From Nitrospirales bacterium (GTDB taxonomy: Bacteria; Nitrospirota; Nitrospiria; Nitrospirales; UBA8639): a stretch of DNA of 64,000 bases. The notes beneath the pieces were generated by a model, which saw nothing but the letters and a program-made list of their open reading frames with translations, had not been told where the DNA came from and ran no database searches. The translations under genes and the position numbers were made by a program. The stretch spans positions 1,696,001 through 1,760,000 of the forward strand of contig CBDCWC010000003.1 in the NCBI GenBank assembly GCA_965223295.1. Direction: 5' to 3'. Shown in pieces: positions 20,116 to 30,114 of this stretch (the first letter of the stretch is position 1; each line of letters begins with the position of its first letter).

Positions 20116-20940
20116 TTGTTTGAGAAGGATATTTTCGTGCCACGTGAGATAGTTGTCTGCCAAACCAAAGAAGATCTTTTTGAGGCCTCTGCCAAGTTTC
20201 TCGCACAGTCGTTAACATTTCAACCTGGTTCCACCACATCTTATTCTCTGGCTCTTTCCGGCGGTTCGACTCCTCGGGGATTGTTTTCCCGGTTAGTGGC
20301 TGATCCTTACCGATCACAAATTGATTGGTCCTCAATTCGGATTTTCTGGGGAGATGAGCGGGCGGTTCCTCCCGAACATCCCGAGAGCAACTACCGCATG
20401 GCCAAAGAAACCTTATTGAATCATGTGCCTCATTCACCAGATCAAGTATTTAGAATACAGGGAGAACTCCCTGCGAAAGAGGCAGCAGAGCGTTACGAAA
20501 AAATCTTGCAACAGACTTTTTCTTCTGGGGAGGGAGAAGTGCCTCTTTTTGATATTGTTTTGCTAGGTATGGGGGCTGATGGGCATACGGCCTCCTTATT
20601 CCCGGAGACATCAGTTCTTGAAGAGCGCCAGCAATGGGTGGCTGCACCGTGGGTAGAAAAATTTCAAACTCACCGAATTACATTCACCGCCCCGGTGTTA
20701 AATGGAGCCAAACAAGTCATGTTTGTGGTGAGTGGTTCAGACAAAGCTGTGGCAGCCCAAGCGGTGTTGGAAGGACCCTCTCAACCTCGTCGGTATCCGG
20801 CTCAGCTTGTCAATCCTATCCAAGGGAATGTGATCTGGTTTTTGGACACAGATGCTGCCAGTCGGCTGAAAGTGACCTCTATCACGGAATGGGAAAGGGA
20901 GCAAGGGGGCGTAAAACATGAATGCGACAAAAGCACCTGA
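20116..20940 (+). CDS. pgl: 6-phosphogluconolactonase
   Basis: LALSGGSTP, FWGDERAVPP, LLGMGADGHTASLFP. Confidence 0.95.
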   Translation: MFEKDIFVPREIVVCQTKEDLFEASAKFLAQSLTFQPGSTTSYSLALSGGSTPRGLFSRLVADPYRSQIDWSSIRIFWGDERAVPPEHPESNYRMAKETLLNHVPHSPDQVFRIQGELPAKEAAERYEKILQQTFSSGEGEVPLFDIVLLGMGADGHTASLFPETSVLEERQQWVAAPWVEKFQTHRITFTAPVLNGAKQVMFVVSGSDKAVAAQAVLEGPSQPRRYPAQLVNPIQGNVIWFLDTDAASRLKVTSITEWEREQGGVKHECDKST

Positions 20941-21313
20941 GGCGTTTATTCAGGCCCTTCATAAGCAGTCGGTCACATGTGGAAGGGAAAATTGTTTCAG
21001 GTCAGTTGATGTTGAAGATATTTCTCAATCGGCTGACCGGATCAAAACGTTTCGATTGTATTGTCATTCCTGCAACTGGAACCAAACTCTTACCGGCTTT
21101 CAACAAATCGAGCCGCCCTGGGATGAAGGTTCATTGATGGAAATTACTGAAGAACACCTACTGCATTTAGAGCCAGTATGTCCATACGACCAAGCCCCAG
21201 TACATTTTCACTCCCTCCCTAATCCTCGCCGCCGTGCCCGCTATCGAATTTCCTGTTATTATTGCGGGCGCCAAGAAGAATTGGATTGGCCACCTGAAGA
21301 AGCCAAGCGCTAG
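20918..21313 (+). CDS. Cys-rich zinc-binding protein
   Basis: CGRENC, CHSC, CPYD, CYYC. Confidence 0.75.
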   Translation: MNATKAPEAFIQALHKQSVTCGRENCFRSVDVEDISQSADRIKTFRLYCHSCNWNQTLTGFQQIEPPWDEGSLMEITEEHLLHLEPVCPYDQAPVHFHSLPNPRRRARYRISCYYCGRQEELDWPPEEAKR

Positions 21314-21412
21314 GGCGTGACATCGTCGTCCTTGTTTCCCTGCGGAATTCTGTCGTTTCTCAGCATATCAGGTCTGCAATTCAAATCTCGCATTCCCCTT
21401 CATCTTGTTCGA

Positions 21413-22168
21413 ATGAAAAAAATTAAAAAAAAGAAATCATCCACTCAGGCATTGCCGGCATTCCTTGTTGGCTGGACGCATGGTGAAGCGCCTCCTCCTG
21501 GTTATTTGTCTGCTTGGTTTGATCAGCAGTACGGCGGGCCTTTGCAGATACGTTTTTTGTCGACGAAGGGCCATCAGTATTTTGAGGCTACACATACGAA
21601 TTGGAAAGTACAGGTCCAATTGGCGCCATCTGTGGAAACTTCTGAGCAGTGGCATGGTCGCTTGCAATGGGATCATCAGAACCTTGCGCTATTAGTGGCT
21701 TCTTCTCAGTCAAGCGCTGATCGACAAGATGATGTGCTACATGTGGCGCGCATCGCCAAAGGGTTAACGCTGTTACTCGAGGGTACGGCCTATGATGTCG
21801 CAACTGGAACCTATCGGAATCCCTCGGATTGGCAGGATCGAGAGTTAGGCGTTTTTCAGATACAGGATCACGTCCAAGTGCAGCAGCATGAACAGGTCCA
21901 GCAGGTGCGGACCTGGTTGCACACGCGAGGGCTATCCAAGTTTGGATTGGATGAGATTGAGTTATTTCACTCCCTCGGGCTATCAGGTCAGGTGATTGAG
22001 TCCATGCTCTATGATGTGGCTTGGCAGGTAATTGTGGAGGGGAAAAATCCAACGATCGGGCAGCAGGTTTCCTTTGGTCAAGAAGGGCAATACGTAGAAG
22101 TGGTCCGGCATCGAACCGATCCTCTTTACGGGATGCCATTGGCCTTTCGAGAAGTTCGATTGGCGTAA
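21413..22168 (+). CDS. Hypothetical protein (DUF4261-like C-terminus)
   Basis: WLHTRGLSKFGLDEIE motif. Confidence 0.7.
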   Translation: MKKIKKKKSSTQALPAFLVGWTHGEAPPPGYLSAWFDQQYGGPLQIRFLSTKGHQYFEATHTNWKVQVQLAPSVETSEQWHGRLQWDHQNLALLVASSQSSADRQDDVLHVARIAKGLTLLLEGTAYDVATGTYRNPSDWQDRELGVFQIQDHVQVQQHEQVQQVRTWLHTRGLSKFGLDEIELFHSLGLSGQVIESMLYDVAWQVIVEGKNPTIGQQVSFGQEGQYVEVVRHRTDPLYGMPLAFREVRLA

Positions 22169-22194
22169 GGACACATGGGTGACTCAGATGAGTC

Positions 22195-23133
22195 TTAGGA
22201 AGTTGTCGGGGGTTTGCCAGGATTCTTGTTGATCACATTCATGGCGAGTGCGATCATTGAGCCGACATCTGAGACTGAGGCTGGCAGTACAAGCGTATTG
22301 CTGGTTTTCGCAAGCTCTCCAAATTCCCCAATATATTGTTCGGCGACACGAAGCTGAACGGCCTCATAGCCGCCTGGATCTTGAATGGCTTCCGCCACTT
22401 TCCGAATCCCTTCAGAGGTGGCAGTGGCAATGGCCAGAATGGCCGAAGCTTCCCCTTCGGCTTCATTGATCTGTTGCTGCCGTTTAGCTTCTGAGGCCTT
22501 AATGACTTGTTGCTTTTCCCCTTCCGCTTCATTGATTGCGGCGTCACGTTGACCTTCCGAGGATAAGACAACGGCGCGCTTTTCCCGCTCGGCGCGCATT
22601 TGTTTCTCCATTGCGTTGACGACGTCTTGTGGAGGATTAATATTCCGGATTTCATATCGCATGACCTTCACACCCCATGGCGCAGAGGCTTTGTCGAGTT
22701 CGTTGACCACCGACACATTAATCGTAGACCGCTCCTCGAAGGTTCGGTCAAGGTCAATTTTCCCAATTTCGCTTCGGAGTGTCGTTTGGGCCAGCTGCGA
22801 AATTGCGAATCGAAAATCCGTAATACCATATGACGCACGTTCAGCATCCAAAACTTTGATATACAAGACTCCATCCACACCGACTTGTACATTATCTTTG
22901 GTTATGCAAATTTGTTCAGGAACATCGAGAGCGATCTCTTTCAAGGAATGCTTATATCGAATCACGTCGATGAACGGTACTAAAATATGCAGGCCGGCAC
23001 TGAGTGTGGAAGAATACTTCCCTAGCCGTTCCACGACGTAGGCGCTTTGCTGAGGCACCACCACTGCTGTTTTCTTCAAAATCAGTAAGGCTAGAGCCGC
23101 AAAAGCGAGCGTGACTAATAATTCACCTGACAT
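22195..23133 (-). CDS. SPFH/Band 7 (paraslipin/QmcA-like) protein
   Basis: VVERLGKY, QLAQTTLRSEIG, MEKQMRAEREKRA. Confidence 0.95.
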   Translation of the reverse strand: MSGELLVTLAFAALALLILKKTAVVVPQQSAYVVERLGKYSSTLSAGLHILVPFIDVIRYKHSLKEIALDVPEQICITKDNVQVGVDGVLYIKVLDAERASYGITDFRFAISQLAQTTLRSEIGKIDLDRTFEERSTINVSVVNELDKASAPWGVKVMRYEIRNINPPQDVVNAMEKQMRAEREKRAVVLSSEGQRDAAINEAEGEKQQVIKASEAKRQQQINEAEGEASAILAIATATSEGIRKVAEAIQDPGGYEAVQLRVAEQYIGEFGELAKTSNTLVLPASVSDVGSMIALAMNVINKNPGKPPTTS

Positions 23134-23605
23134 GTGATTCCTCCCGTATGTTCGTTTCCTCTTGAATCCAGAGTGTCAGACCATCCACACGGACAATTTT
23201 CGCGATACTGCCTTTTTCCAGAACATGACTTCCTGCATTGCGTGCCGTCCATGTCGACCCACGCAATTCCACTTTCCCTATAGCCTGAGACTCGAGTGGT
23301 TCAAGAACCTTGGCAATTTCTCCTAGCATGGAATCGACATCGCCTTCATCTTTTCCAGTTGCACTTCCTTTGCCTTGCAAGGGTTTTTTCATGACGAGAA
23401 GTGAAATGATACCGAGCAGACCGAACAGTAACCATTGCAGCCAGGCTGCAGCAATCAGTCCAGACCAGGTCAGCCCACTGACCATTAAGGCCGCCACTCC
23501 GAAGAAAAGGAAATAAAAATTTCCCAGCCCCCCTAGCGTGAGAATTTCAATGCCGATAAGAATGAATCCTAAAATTGACCAATGCCACCAGAGCATGATG
23601 GGCAC
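23123..23605 (-). CDS. NfeD-family (YbbJ-like) membrane protein
   Basis: GKVELRGSTWTA, VRVDGLTL; paired with the SPFH gene. Confidence 0.9.
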   Translation of the reverse strand: MPIMLWWHWSILGFILIGIEILTLGGLGNFYFLFFGVAALMVSGLTWSGLIAAAWLQWLLFGLLGIISLLVMKKPLQGKGSATGKDEGDVDSMLGEIAKVLEPLESQAIGKVELRGSTWTARNAGSHVLEKGSIAKIVRVDGLTLWIQEETNIREESHVR

Positions 23606-23918
23606 ACTCCTTTGTCCTGGGTGTATTGTGCACGGTTATGTGCTGTTCTGTATTGTATCGGTTGATTGTGCGCAGGAACTAAAGGAAATTCACTCCTCGG
23701 CAACAATTGCCTATTGAACATGACAGGTTAAAGAAATGCTAGCACATTTTTCTGTAAAGGTCTCGGATTGATGAGGGAAGCAAAGGAACGGCAACGCTAG
23801 TTTTGTTTGATTGATTTCAAGAGAGTGTTCAACAGTGGATCTGAAAGGGTACGGTTTTGGTAGATAGCCAGTGGTTTGGGCATGATAAACATGCATTTCA
23901 GCATGTGATTGATGCATT

Positions 23919-24797
23919 GTGATGTGTGTAAAATCAGAGGGGATGTTCGGTGCGCGGTTCATTATGCTTCGGTTAATTCTTATGAAACTTTTGGCGGGGT
24001 TATTTGTTTGCGCGTTAGTTGGTTGTATGTCACCGTCACTCTCTTTTCATCAGCAAGCGGCGGATTTGGGCTTTTCTTCAACAACCTACAAAGGGAAAGA
24101 TTTCATCCATCAGGTTTATAGCAATCGTAAATCTCAGAGCAAATTCCTGCATATTTATTTAGGGGGCGATGGAACACCATGGGAGCATGCCACTCGTATT
24201 GCCTCAGATCCAACTCCACGCAATCCAATCATGTTGCGGGCTATGGCATTGGATCCGACTGCAAGTATCTACCTTGGCCGGCCTTGTTATCATGGTTTAT
24301 CTCAAGAACCTCAGTGCCATCCTAAATGGTGGACCTCTGCCCGCTATTCTGAAACCGTCGTAGAAAGCCTAGGCGCGGTGCTGGCAAAAATTTCTAAAGA
24401 ACATAATAGGAAGTCTCTCGTTCTCTTTGGCTATAGTGGTGGGGCAACGCTTGCCATGTTATTGGCACAACGCCTCCCGTTCGTACACGGAGTGGTGACG
24501 ATAGCCGGAAATTTAGACATTCAGGCCTGGACAGACTATCATGCGTATGGCCCCCTAGCGGAATCACTCAATCCAGCCTTGCTGCCGCGCTTAGGAGACC
24601 ACATTGTTCAACTTCATTTTCTCGGGAGTCAGGATGAATTGATCCCACCCCACTTAGCTGAACGAATGCTTGCACGCCAGAGGAAACATTCTCGGGTGAT
24701 TATTAACGATGTCGATCATCGATGTTGTTGGGAAATGCTCTGGCCAAGAATATTGCGTGAAGCGCAACTGCTATTGGATAGAAACCCTCAATGGTGA
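23919..24797 (+). CDS. Alpha/beta-hydrolase lipoprotein (start probably ~23982)
   Basis: LVGC lipobox, GDGTPW, DPTP, YLGRPCY, GYSGG nucleophile, DH. Confidence 0.88.
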   Translation: MMCVKSEGMFGARFIMLRLILMKLLAGLFVCALVGCMSPSLSFHQQAADLGFSSTTYKGKDFIHQVYSNRKSQSKFLHIYLGGDGTPWEHATRIASDPTPRNPIMLRAMALDPTASIYLGRPCYHGLSQEPQCHPKWWTSARYSETVVESLGAVLAKISKEHNRKSLVLFGYSGGATLAMLLAQRLPFVHGVVTIAGNLDIQAWTDYHAYGPLAESLNPALLPRLGDHIVQLHFLGSQDELIPPHLAERMLARQRKHSRVIINDVDHRCCWEMLWPRILREAQLLLDRNPQW

Positions 24798-24853
24798 AGA
24801 TTTCTGCCTTTAGGATCATGCTACCGAGAATATTTAGGAGGGAGAAAAGAAAA

Positions 24854-24885
24854 ACCAAGGAGTTCAATTAAAGGAACTCCTTGGT
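24854..24885 (-). terminator. Intrinsic terminator after autotransporter 1
   Basis: 12-bp stem ACCAAGGAGTTC/GAACTCCTTGGT followed by a T-run on the minus strand. Confidence 0.75.
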
Positions 24886-24903
24886 AATCAGGGAAAAGGA
24901 AAA

Positions 24904-26415
24904 CTAAAATTCCTGCCGCACTCCTACGGTAAAGACATGGTTGGTGATATCCCGAAATCCTAACATCGTTTCATAGTCGATAAATGCTGCAGTTCCACCT
25001 TGGGATAAATGGGCCAGTGTGGCGCCGACTCGAAAGAAATTACGGTCAGGTGATTCCGTTTTAATGAGTAATGCATTGTTATTTGGATCGGCCGCATATT
25101 GCGTGCTGATAGTTTTCGAGTCATTGGCAAACTCATGATCCCATTCTCCCCTGATTTGAGGGTACCACACGCCCCAATTCCAACTAAATTTCTTGGAAGC
25201 TCGTAGTCCTAAGGCGGAGATCAAAGACGTAATATATTGGTCATCAATTTCGAGATTGAGCCCTTGAGCTCCTTTTTCTTTATATCCGTCGATATCCACG
25301 CGTAGATAGGAAAGTCGTGCGTACGGCCCAAAATCAAAGCTTTGAATGGGGATATCGTATCCAGCTCCGAGACTGAATGAGTACTGTCTACTGTCGGTCT
25401 TTCCTTTAGCGGTCCGATTGATCGAGGGAATGGCGGTTGTAGAAGGTACCACAATGCGCCGTTTCGAGTCGTGGTCGTTCCATCCTATAGACCCGATTCC
25501 TTCCAAATAAAAATTCTGAAGATAATAGGTGCTGTACAAAGAAAAGACATACCCATCGGTTTCACTTCCTCCCCCTGCATTCACCGAAGATTTATCAAAG
25601 TCTGCATCAAAATGGGAGTAACTAAAGGCAGTGCCTAGCACAAGGGAGTCAAGTAATCGATAATCCACGCCCAAGGTTGCGCCTTGCGAGTCAAAATCAA
25701 ATCCGTCTTCTTTGGAAGTTTGATCTTTGTCCCCAAAGCTAAACACTCCATTCAAAAACACCCCTAGCCGGCCAAAGTCTCCGATATCTCCTGAAGCGCC
25801 TCCCCCTCGTGGGGTGAAACCAATTCCTGCCGGATTCATAGTACGTTCTTGAGCAAGTCTGGGTAGCCCGTCAAAATTCAACCCACTTATCGAGAATCCT
25901 CTCACCCCGCCACGGAGAGCTGCCATACGAGCACTCAGGTTCCGTTGTTGTCCATTAAAAGTCTTGGAAGCCATGGTTCGTGGAGCGACGATTTCTTCAC
26001 CGGCAATTTGCTGGAGGCCGCTTGCCAACTCATTTTCTGTCAGACCTAAACTTTCCGCCGTTGCCCCGGTATTATCGATATCATTCGCCGTCTGTACCAT
26101 TGCTCGGCACTGGGTCCTGAGATCGAGTCGGTCTCCTGTAAGAGGAGTAAGGGCATGTAGGGTATTCAATTGCCCGCAGGTTGTTTGGACAGCACTGCCC
26201 GTCCTTGATTGAAGCTGAGAGTGCCCGGTTCGTCCGCCAAGAGCTGCTTTAGCTACGGAAAACGTCCCATCGCCCAATAGCACGGCTAGTAATAAAAAAA
26301 GTAGGTACCCCAATGGGATTTGAGTGAAGTATTTGAAAAAGGGTGTAGGCAACAGTGGGACACCATGGGAATCATTACATGATGTATGAGGCGGATGATG
26401 AATATGAGAACTCAT
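24904..26415 (-). CDS. Autotransporter beta-barrel protein with short helical passenger (paralog 1)
   Basis: GATLGVDYR, GPYARLSY, WDHEF, terminal VRQEF. Confidence 0.88.
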   Translation of the reverse strand: MSSHIHHPPHTSCNDSHGVPLLPTPFFKYFTQIPLGYLLFLLLAVLLGDGTFSVAKAALGGRTGHSQLQSRTGSAVQTTCGQLNTLHALTPLTGDRLDLRTQCRAMVQTANDIDNTGATAESLGLTENELASGLQQIAGEEIVAPRTMASKTFNGQQRNLSARMAALRGGVRGFSISGLNFDGLPRLAQERTMNPAGIGFTPRGGGASGDIGDFGRLGVFLNGVFSFGDKDQTSKEDGFDFDSQGATLGVDYRLLDSLVLGTAFSYSHFDADFDKSSVNAGGGSETDGYVFSLYSTYYLQNFYLEGIGSIGWNDHDSKRRIVVPSTTAIPSINRTAKGKTDSRQYSFSLGAGYDIPIQSFDFGPYARLSYLRVDIDGYKEKGAQGLNLEIDDQYITSLISALGLRASKKFSWNWGVWYPQIRGEWDHEFANDSKTISTQYAADPNNNALLIKTESPDRNFFRVGATLAHLSQGGTAAFIDYETMLGFRDITNHVFTVGVRQEF

Positions 26416-26739
26416 AAGACCTCCGAGGGGATTTGAAAAAATAAAGATACTCTTTGAAAAATTAAAAACGAGTTGAAATACCCAACCTCGTAAACATTGT
26501 CAAGGTTGTCTTTTTGAAAGATATTGATTCTCCTCGTTCCTCAAAAAAATTCGGGCACTTAGGTGCAGTGATGCCAATGCCTAGGTAACCTTAAATCCCA
26601 TATTTTCAATGGCTTACAAAATCACTATTGTTGTGAGCTGAGGGTTCGAAGAAATCACGTTTTGATTTTTTTCTTTCTGAAGCTCATAATATAATCTATC
26701 TTTTGTAGAAGAAATGCTGAACAAAAGCAATTTTTACGC

Positions 26740-26755
26740 CGGCATGCACTTTGCT
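26740..26755 (+). promoter_or_regulatory. sigma-54 promoter
   Basis: CGGCATGCACTTTGCT upstream of the caspase gene. Confidence 0.6.
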
Positions 26756-26827
26756 GAGGTTGAGGAGATGGAGCTATAAAACTTTAGAATTCATGAGGAG
26801 TGAAGATAAATTACCCTTGGCTTAATA

Positions 26828-29230
26828 ATGCTTCGGTACCCTGTTGCGCCAGGAGGAACGATGATGATTCTGGAAAAACTACTTCAAGAGAGAACGGATG
26901 AGTTATCTCCTGTGTATTGTAAGTATACAAATAGAGCAAGAGGGTTTGTTGTTGTACTTGCCAGTATTCTTATGTGGGGATGTGCAGCACCTGAAATGCA
27001 AAGTGCGCCCCAAGCTCCCGTAGCACAATCTGAATCCAGTCACGGCACGGCTTCCACAACAACCTCGGATCTCCAAGAAATGACCTCCAATGAAAGCCAC
27101 GCCGAAGCTTTTGAGGTTGTGGATTGTTTGCTCCCGGGACAGGTTCGTCGGTTAGGTGTACAAATGATTTATATGACACCTCGCCGACCAGTCCGTGCGA
27201 CCGCCGAAGACTGTGTAATTCGTGGCGGGGAATATGTATCGTATGATCGAGCAGACTACAGTACCTCTCTGGAGATATGGAAGAAAGCTGCAGACCTAGG
27301 AAATGTTGAGGCCCAGTATTATATCGCAACACTGTACGAACGAGGGGTCACTGGCACGTCTGACTATGGCGCTGCCATCCAATGGTACGAAAAAGCGGCG
27401 GAACAGGGTCATCGCCAAGCTGCTATGAATTTAGGACGTCTGTATGATCAAGGTTTGGGTGTAGAACAGAATTCCCAGTTAGCCTTTTCATGGATGACCA
27501 AAGCTTCTGGTCTTGAGGAAACCGAACTAACCAATTTGTTAAACCGTTCTGCTACACGAGAACTCCAAACCCTCCAAAAGACCGTCAAAGTGAAAGATAG
27601 AGAAATTCATGCCTTACAAAGTTCCTTGTCACAAACTCGTGGAGAAAAAATCAAACTTCAGAATCTCCTCGCCAGGGAGCAGGCTAAAGCTGAAGCAGAG
27701 CGCACTCATCTTGCTCAGCTGGAACAGCACTATCAGCTCCTAAAAACTCGGCTTCAAGCCGCGAATGCCCAAGGCGCAGAACGAGAAAAAGCTATTCAGC
27801 ACTCTCAGCAACAACTCCAGAGTTTAGAAAAACAATTAGCGCAGAAAAATCTTGAAGGAGAGCAGCTCAAATCACTGAAATCAAAATATCAAACACTTCA
27901 ACAACAATTGACGCATCTTCAGCGCGAGAAAGACCAAGAACGCACACTTCGTGAGCAACAAGAGAGTGACTATCAACAGGTTCAACGGGAGCTAGAACAG
28001 AGTCGAAAACAGGTGGTTCACCAAGAAGAAGAAATGCTTGAATTGACGAAAAAAATTGAAGATATCACCTCGTCAAAACTAGTGGCCAACCTTCCACCAG
28101 GCAAAGATTTAGGATTGGAAGGTCCCAAAATTCAGATAATTGATCCACCGATGGTTGGGGTTCGAGGCATTCGGGTCGAGGCCCCGCGCCGCGATGTCTA
28201 TCTTTCCCAAGACCATTCTCGATCGATCACGGGCAGAGTGCTGGCCCCTGCGGGACTATGGGAGGTACGGGTCAATGGATTGGTAGCCGATGTCGATCAG
28301 AAGGGAGAGTTTTCTTATGATCTTCCCGTGGTCCGATCCAAAGAGCAGGCTGTGCCCGTGGATATTTTAGCTGTTGATATTCAGAATAAACGTTCAGTGA
28401 GCAGCTTAAATGTCCTGTGGGGGATGCCCGATCCCACCCAAGCGGCGTTGTCTCAGGCAACGCAAAAGCCCTTTGGTCAGTACCATGCGTTGGTTATCGG
28501 TAACGATCATTACCAACATTGGGAACCGCTTCAAAACGCCATTGCCGATGCTGAGGCGGTGGGCAAAGTGTTGCATGATCAATATGGGTTTCAGGTAAAA
28601 GTTCTGAAAGATGCATCCCGAAAGGATATTCTCAAAACTCTCAACGACTATAGAAAGCTTTTAACCGAACAAGACAATCTTCTAATCTATTACGCGGGGC
28701 ATGGCTATCTGGAACCTAATATAGATCGGGGCTACTGGATTCCCGTCGAAGCGGAACTTCAGGATAATTCTGACTGGATTTTGTTACCCACCATTACGGA
28801 TCTTCTTCAATTAATGACGGCCAAGCATATTCTTGTGGTCGCCGATTCGTGTTTTGCCGGGAAGCTGACCCGTTCATCTCTTGCACAACTTCGACCGGGA
28901 TTGTCTGATGAGGCTAGGATGGATCTCTTGCAGACTCTTGCAGAAAAGCGGGTGCGGACTGCTCTCACCTCAGGTGGTGTGCGACCGGTGTTGGATGAAG
29001 GCGGAGGGGGCCATTCCATCTTTACCGAGGCCTTATTGGGTGTCCTGAAAAACAATGTAGAAATATTAGAAACCGAACGTGTCTATTTAGCGGTGCGCAA
29101 TCGGGTCATGAAATCCGCGCAAATGCTAAACGCCGAACAAATTCCTACATATTCGCCTATTCATTTGGCTGGGCATGAGAGTCTCGGGGATTTCATCTTT
29201 GTCCCTCAGAACTCAAAAGTTTCTTCATAA
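26828..29230 (+). CDS. Lipoprotein with SEL1 repeats, long coiled coil, Ig-like linker and caspase-like peptidase C14 domain
   Basis: MWGC lipobox; AQYYIATLYERG / AAMNLGRLYDQG; ALVIGNDHY, YYAGHG (His), ADSCFAG (Cys), HSIFT. Confidence 0.9.
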   Translation: MLRYPVAPGGTMMILEKLLQERTDELSPVYCKYTNRARGFVVVLASILMWGCAAPEMQSAPQAPVAQSESSHGTASTTTSDLQEMTSNESHAEAFEVVDCLLPGQVRRLGVQMIYMTPRRPVRATAEDCVIRGGEYVSYDRADYSTSLEIWKKAADLGNVEAQYYIATLYERGVTGTSDYGAAIQWYEKAAEQGHRQAAMNLGRLYDQGLGVEQNSQLAFSWMTKASGLEETELTNLLNRSATRELQTLQKTVKVKDREIHALQSSLSQTRGEKIKLQNLLAREQAKAEAERTHLAQLEQHYQLLKTRLQAANAQGAEREKAIQHSQQQLQSLEKQLAQKNLEGEQLKSLKSKYQTLQQQLTHLQREKDQERTLREQQESDYQQVQRELEQSRKQVVHQEEEMLELTKKIEDITSSKLVANLPPGKDLGLEGPKIQIIDPPMVGVRGIRVEAPRRDVYLSQDHSRSITGRVLAPAGLWEVRVNGLVADVDQKGEFSYDLPVVRSKEQAVPVDILAVDIQNKRSVSSLNVLWGMPDPTQAALSQATQKPFGQYHALVIGNDHYQHWEPLQNAIADAEAVGKVLHDQYGFQVKVLKDASRKDILKTLNDYRKLLTEQDNLLIYYAGHGYLEPNIDRGYWIPVEAELQDNSDWILLPTITDLLQLMTAKHILVVADSCFAGKLTRSSLAQLRPGLSDEARMDLLQTLAEKRVRTALTSGGVRPVLDEGGGGHSIFTEALLGVLKNNVEILETERVYLAVRNRVMKSAQMLNAEQIPTYSPIHLAGHESLGDFIFVPQNSKVSS

Positions 29231-29298
29231 CAAGACTCCCAATGCCCTTCTGGCTTAGATGCCTGGGGTGTTACTACCTCTGGATCTATGTCGGACAT

Positions 29299-29530
29299 TC
29301 AGACGTCGCCATCGAAGATCGCCTGGGTGTCCCAGCTTGGGCCAAGATTTGAGTTCCTTCGGCATCTCTTCAGGTGAGCGTGATCTGAAGCTTCATCCTC
29401 ATTCCTTGAAACACAAATGTATTGACGTAAGTGGTGTTGGGTTTGCTTGCAAAAGCTTTCAATCCCCTGAACATGCGTTATTCCCTGCACAAAACTTCTG
29501 AATGATTGGTTCGAAAGTGGAAGAAATTTG
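29299..29530 (-). pseudogene. Degenerate IS1595-family transposase C-terminal fragment
   Basis: FVQGITHVQGIESFCKQTQHHLRQY..VSR..HLKRC resembles the H-I-N-G-I-E-x-F-W...L-K-E-C motif. Confidence 0.5.
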
Positions 29531-29808
29531 GAAGTATATTCGGCATGGTAACTTAGTCTTGTAATCCTACAGGCAATTCCGTGGGTATCTGTTGGTCCAG
29601 TCTTAGCAAGAGGGTTTGACACTTCGCATTAAGAATAATGCGGGTGTATCCTCCTTCTCTTTCCCGTAGAAAAACAAACACTAGTACGTAGACTTCAATG
29701 CTGCGACCCTAGTTGCCTTATAGGGTCTCGCAACATCATTTTCGGCAATGCTCACAGAGCCATCAGACAGGAACCATGCAGCAAGCGCTCGCAGTGGAAT
29801 CTAGACAT

Positions 29809-29845
29809 GTATCTGAACAGATACTCTATTTATCTGAACAGATAC
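29809..29845. promoter_or_regulatory. Tandem palindromic operator GTATCT-N4-AGATAC (putative enhancer/UAS)
   Basis: GTATCTGAACAGATAC (29809) and TTATCTGAACAGATAC (29830), 21 bp apart. Confidence 0.75.
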
Positions 29846-29958
29846 GAGTTTAGGAATTGAGTGAGTGAGTTTTCTGTCGAGAATAATGGGCGCATGATAA
29901 ACATCTCTCATAGATAGGCAGCAGACGTCTAGCTGGAGTCGACTCTTTGGATTTCTTA

Positions 29959-29974
29959 TGGCACCACATCTGCA
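29959..29974 (+). promoter_or_regulatory. sigma-54 promoter
   Basis: TGGCACCACATCTGCA. Confidence 0.7.
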
Positions 29975-30114
29975 TAATGAATGGTGATAGTTTCAACAAT
30001 CTTGAATCTAAACAAAGAACCCTGCTTTTCCAGGTGGGGTATTCAAATAGGTTCTTTAGTAGAGATGAACTAATCAGATCAACAGTAAGTACTTGAATGG
30101 AAACGGAGGACAAT

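Noticed and set aside
26563-26585. sigma-54 promoter for autotransporter 1
   Set aside because: TGGCAT to TGC spacing is too short.
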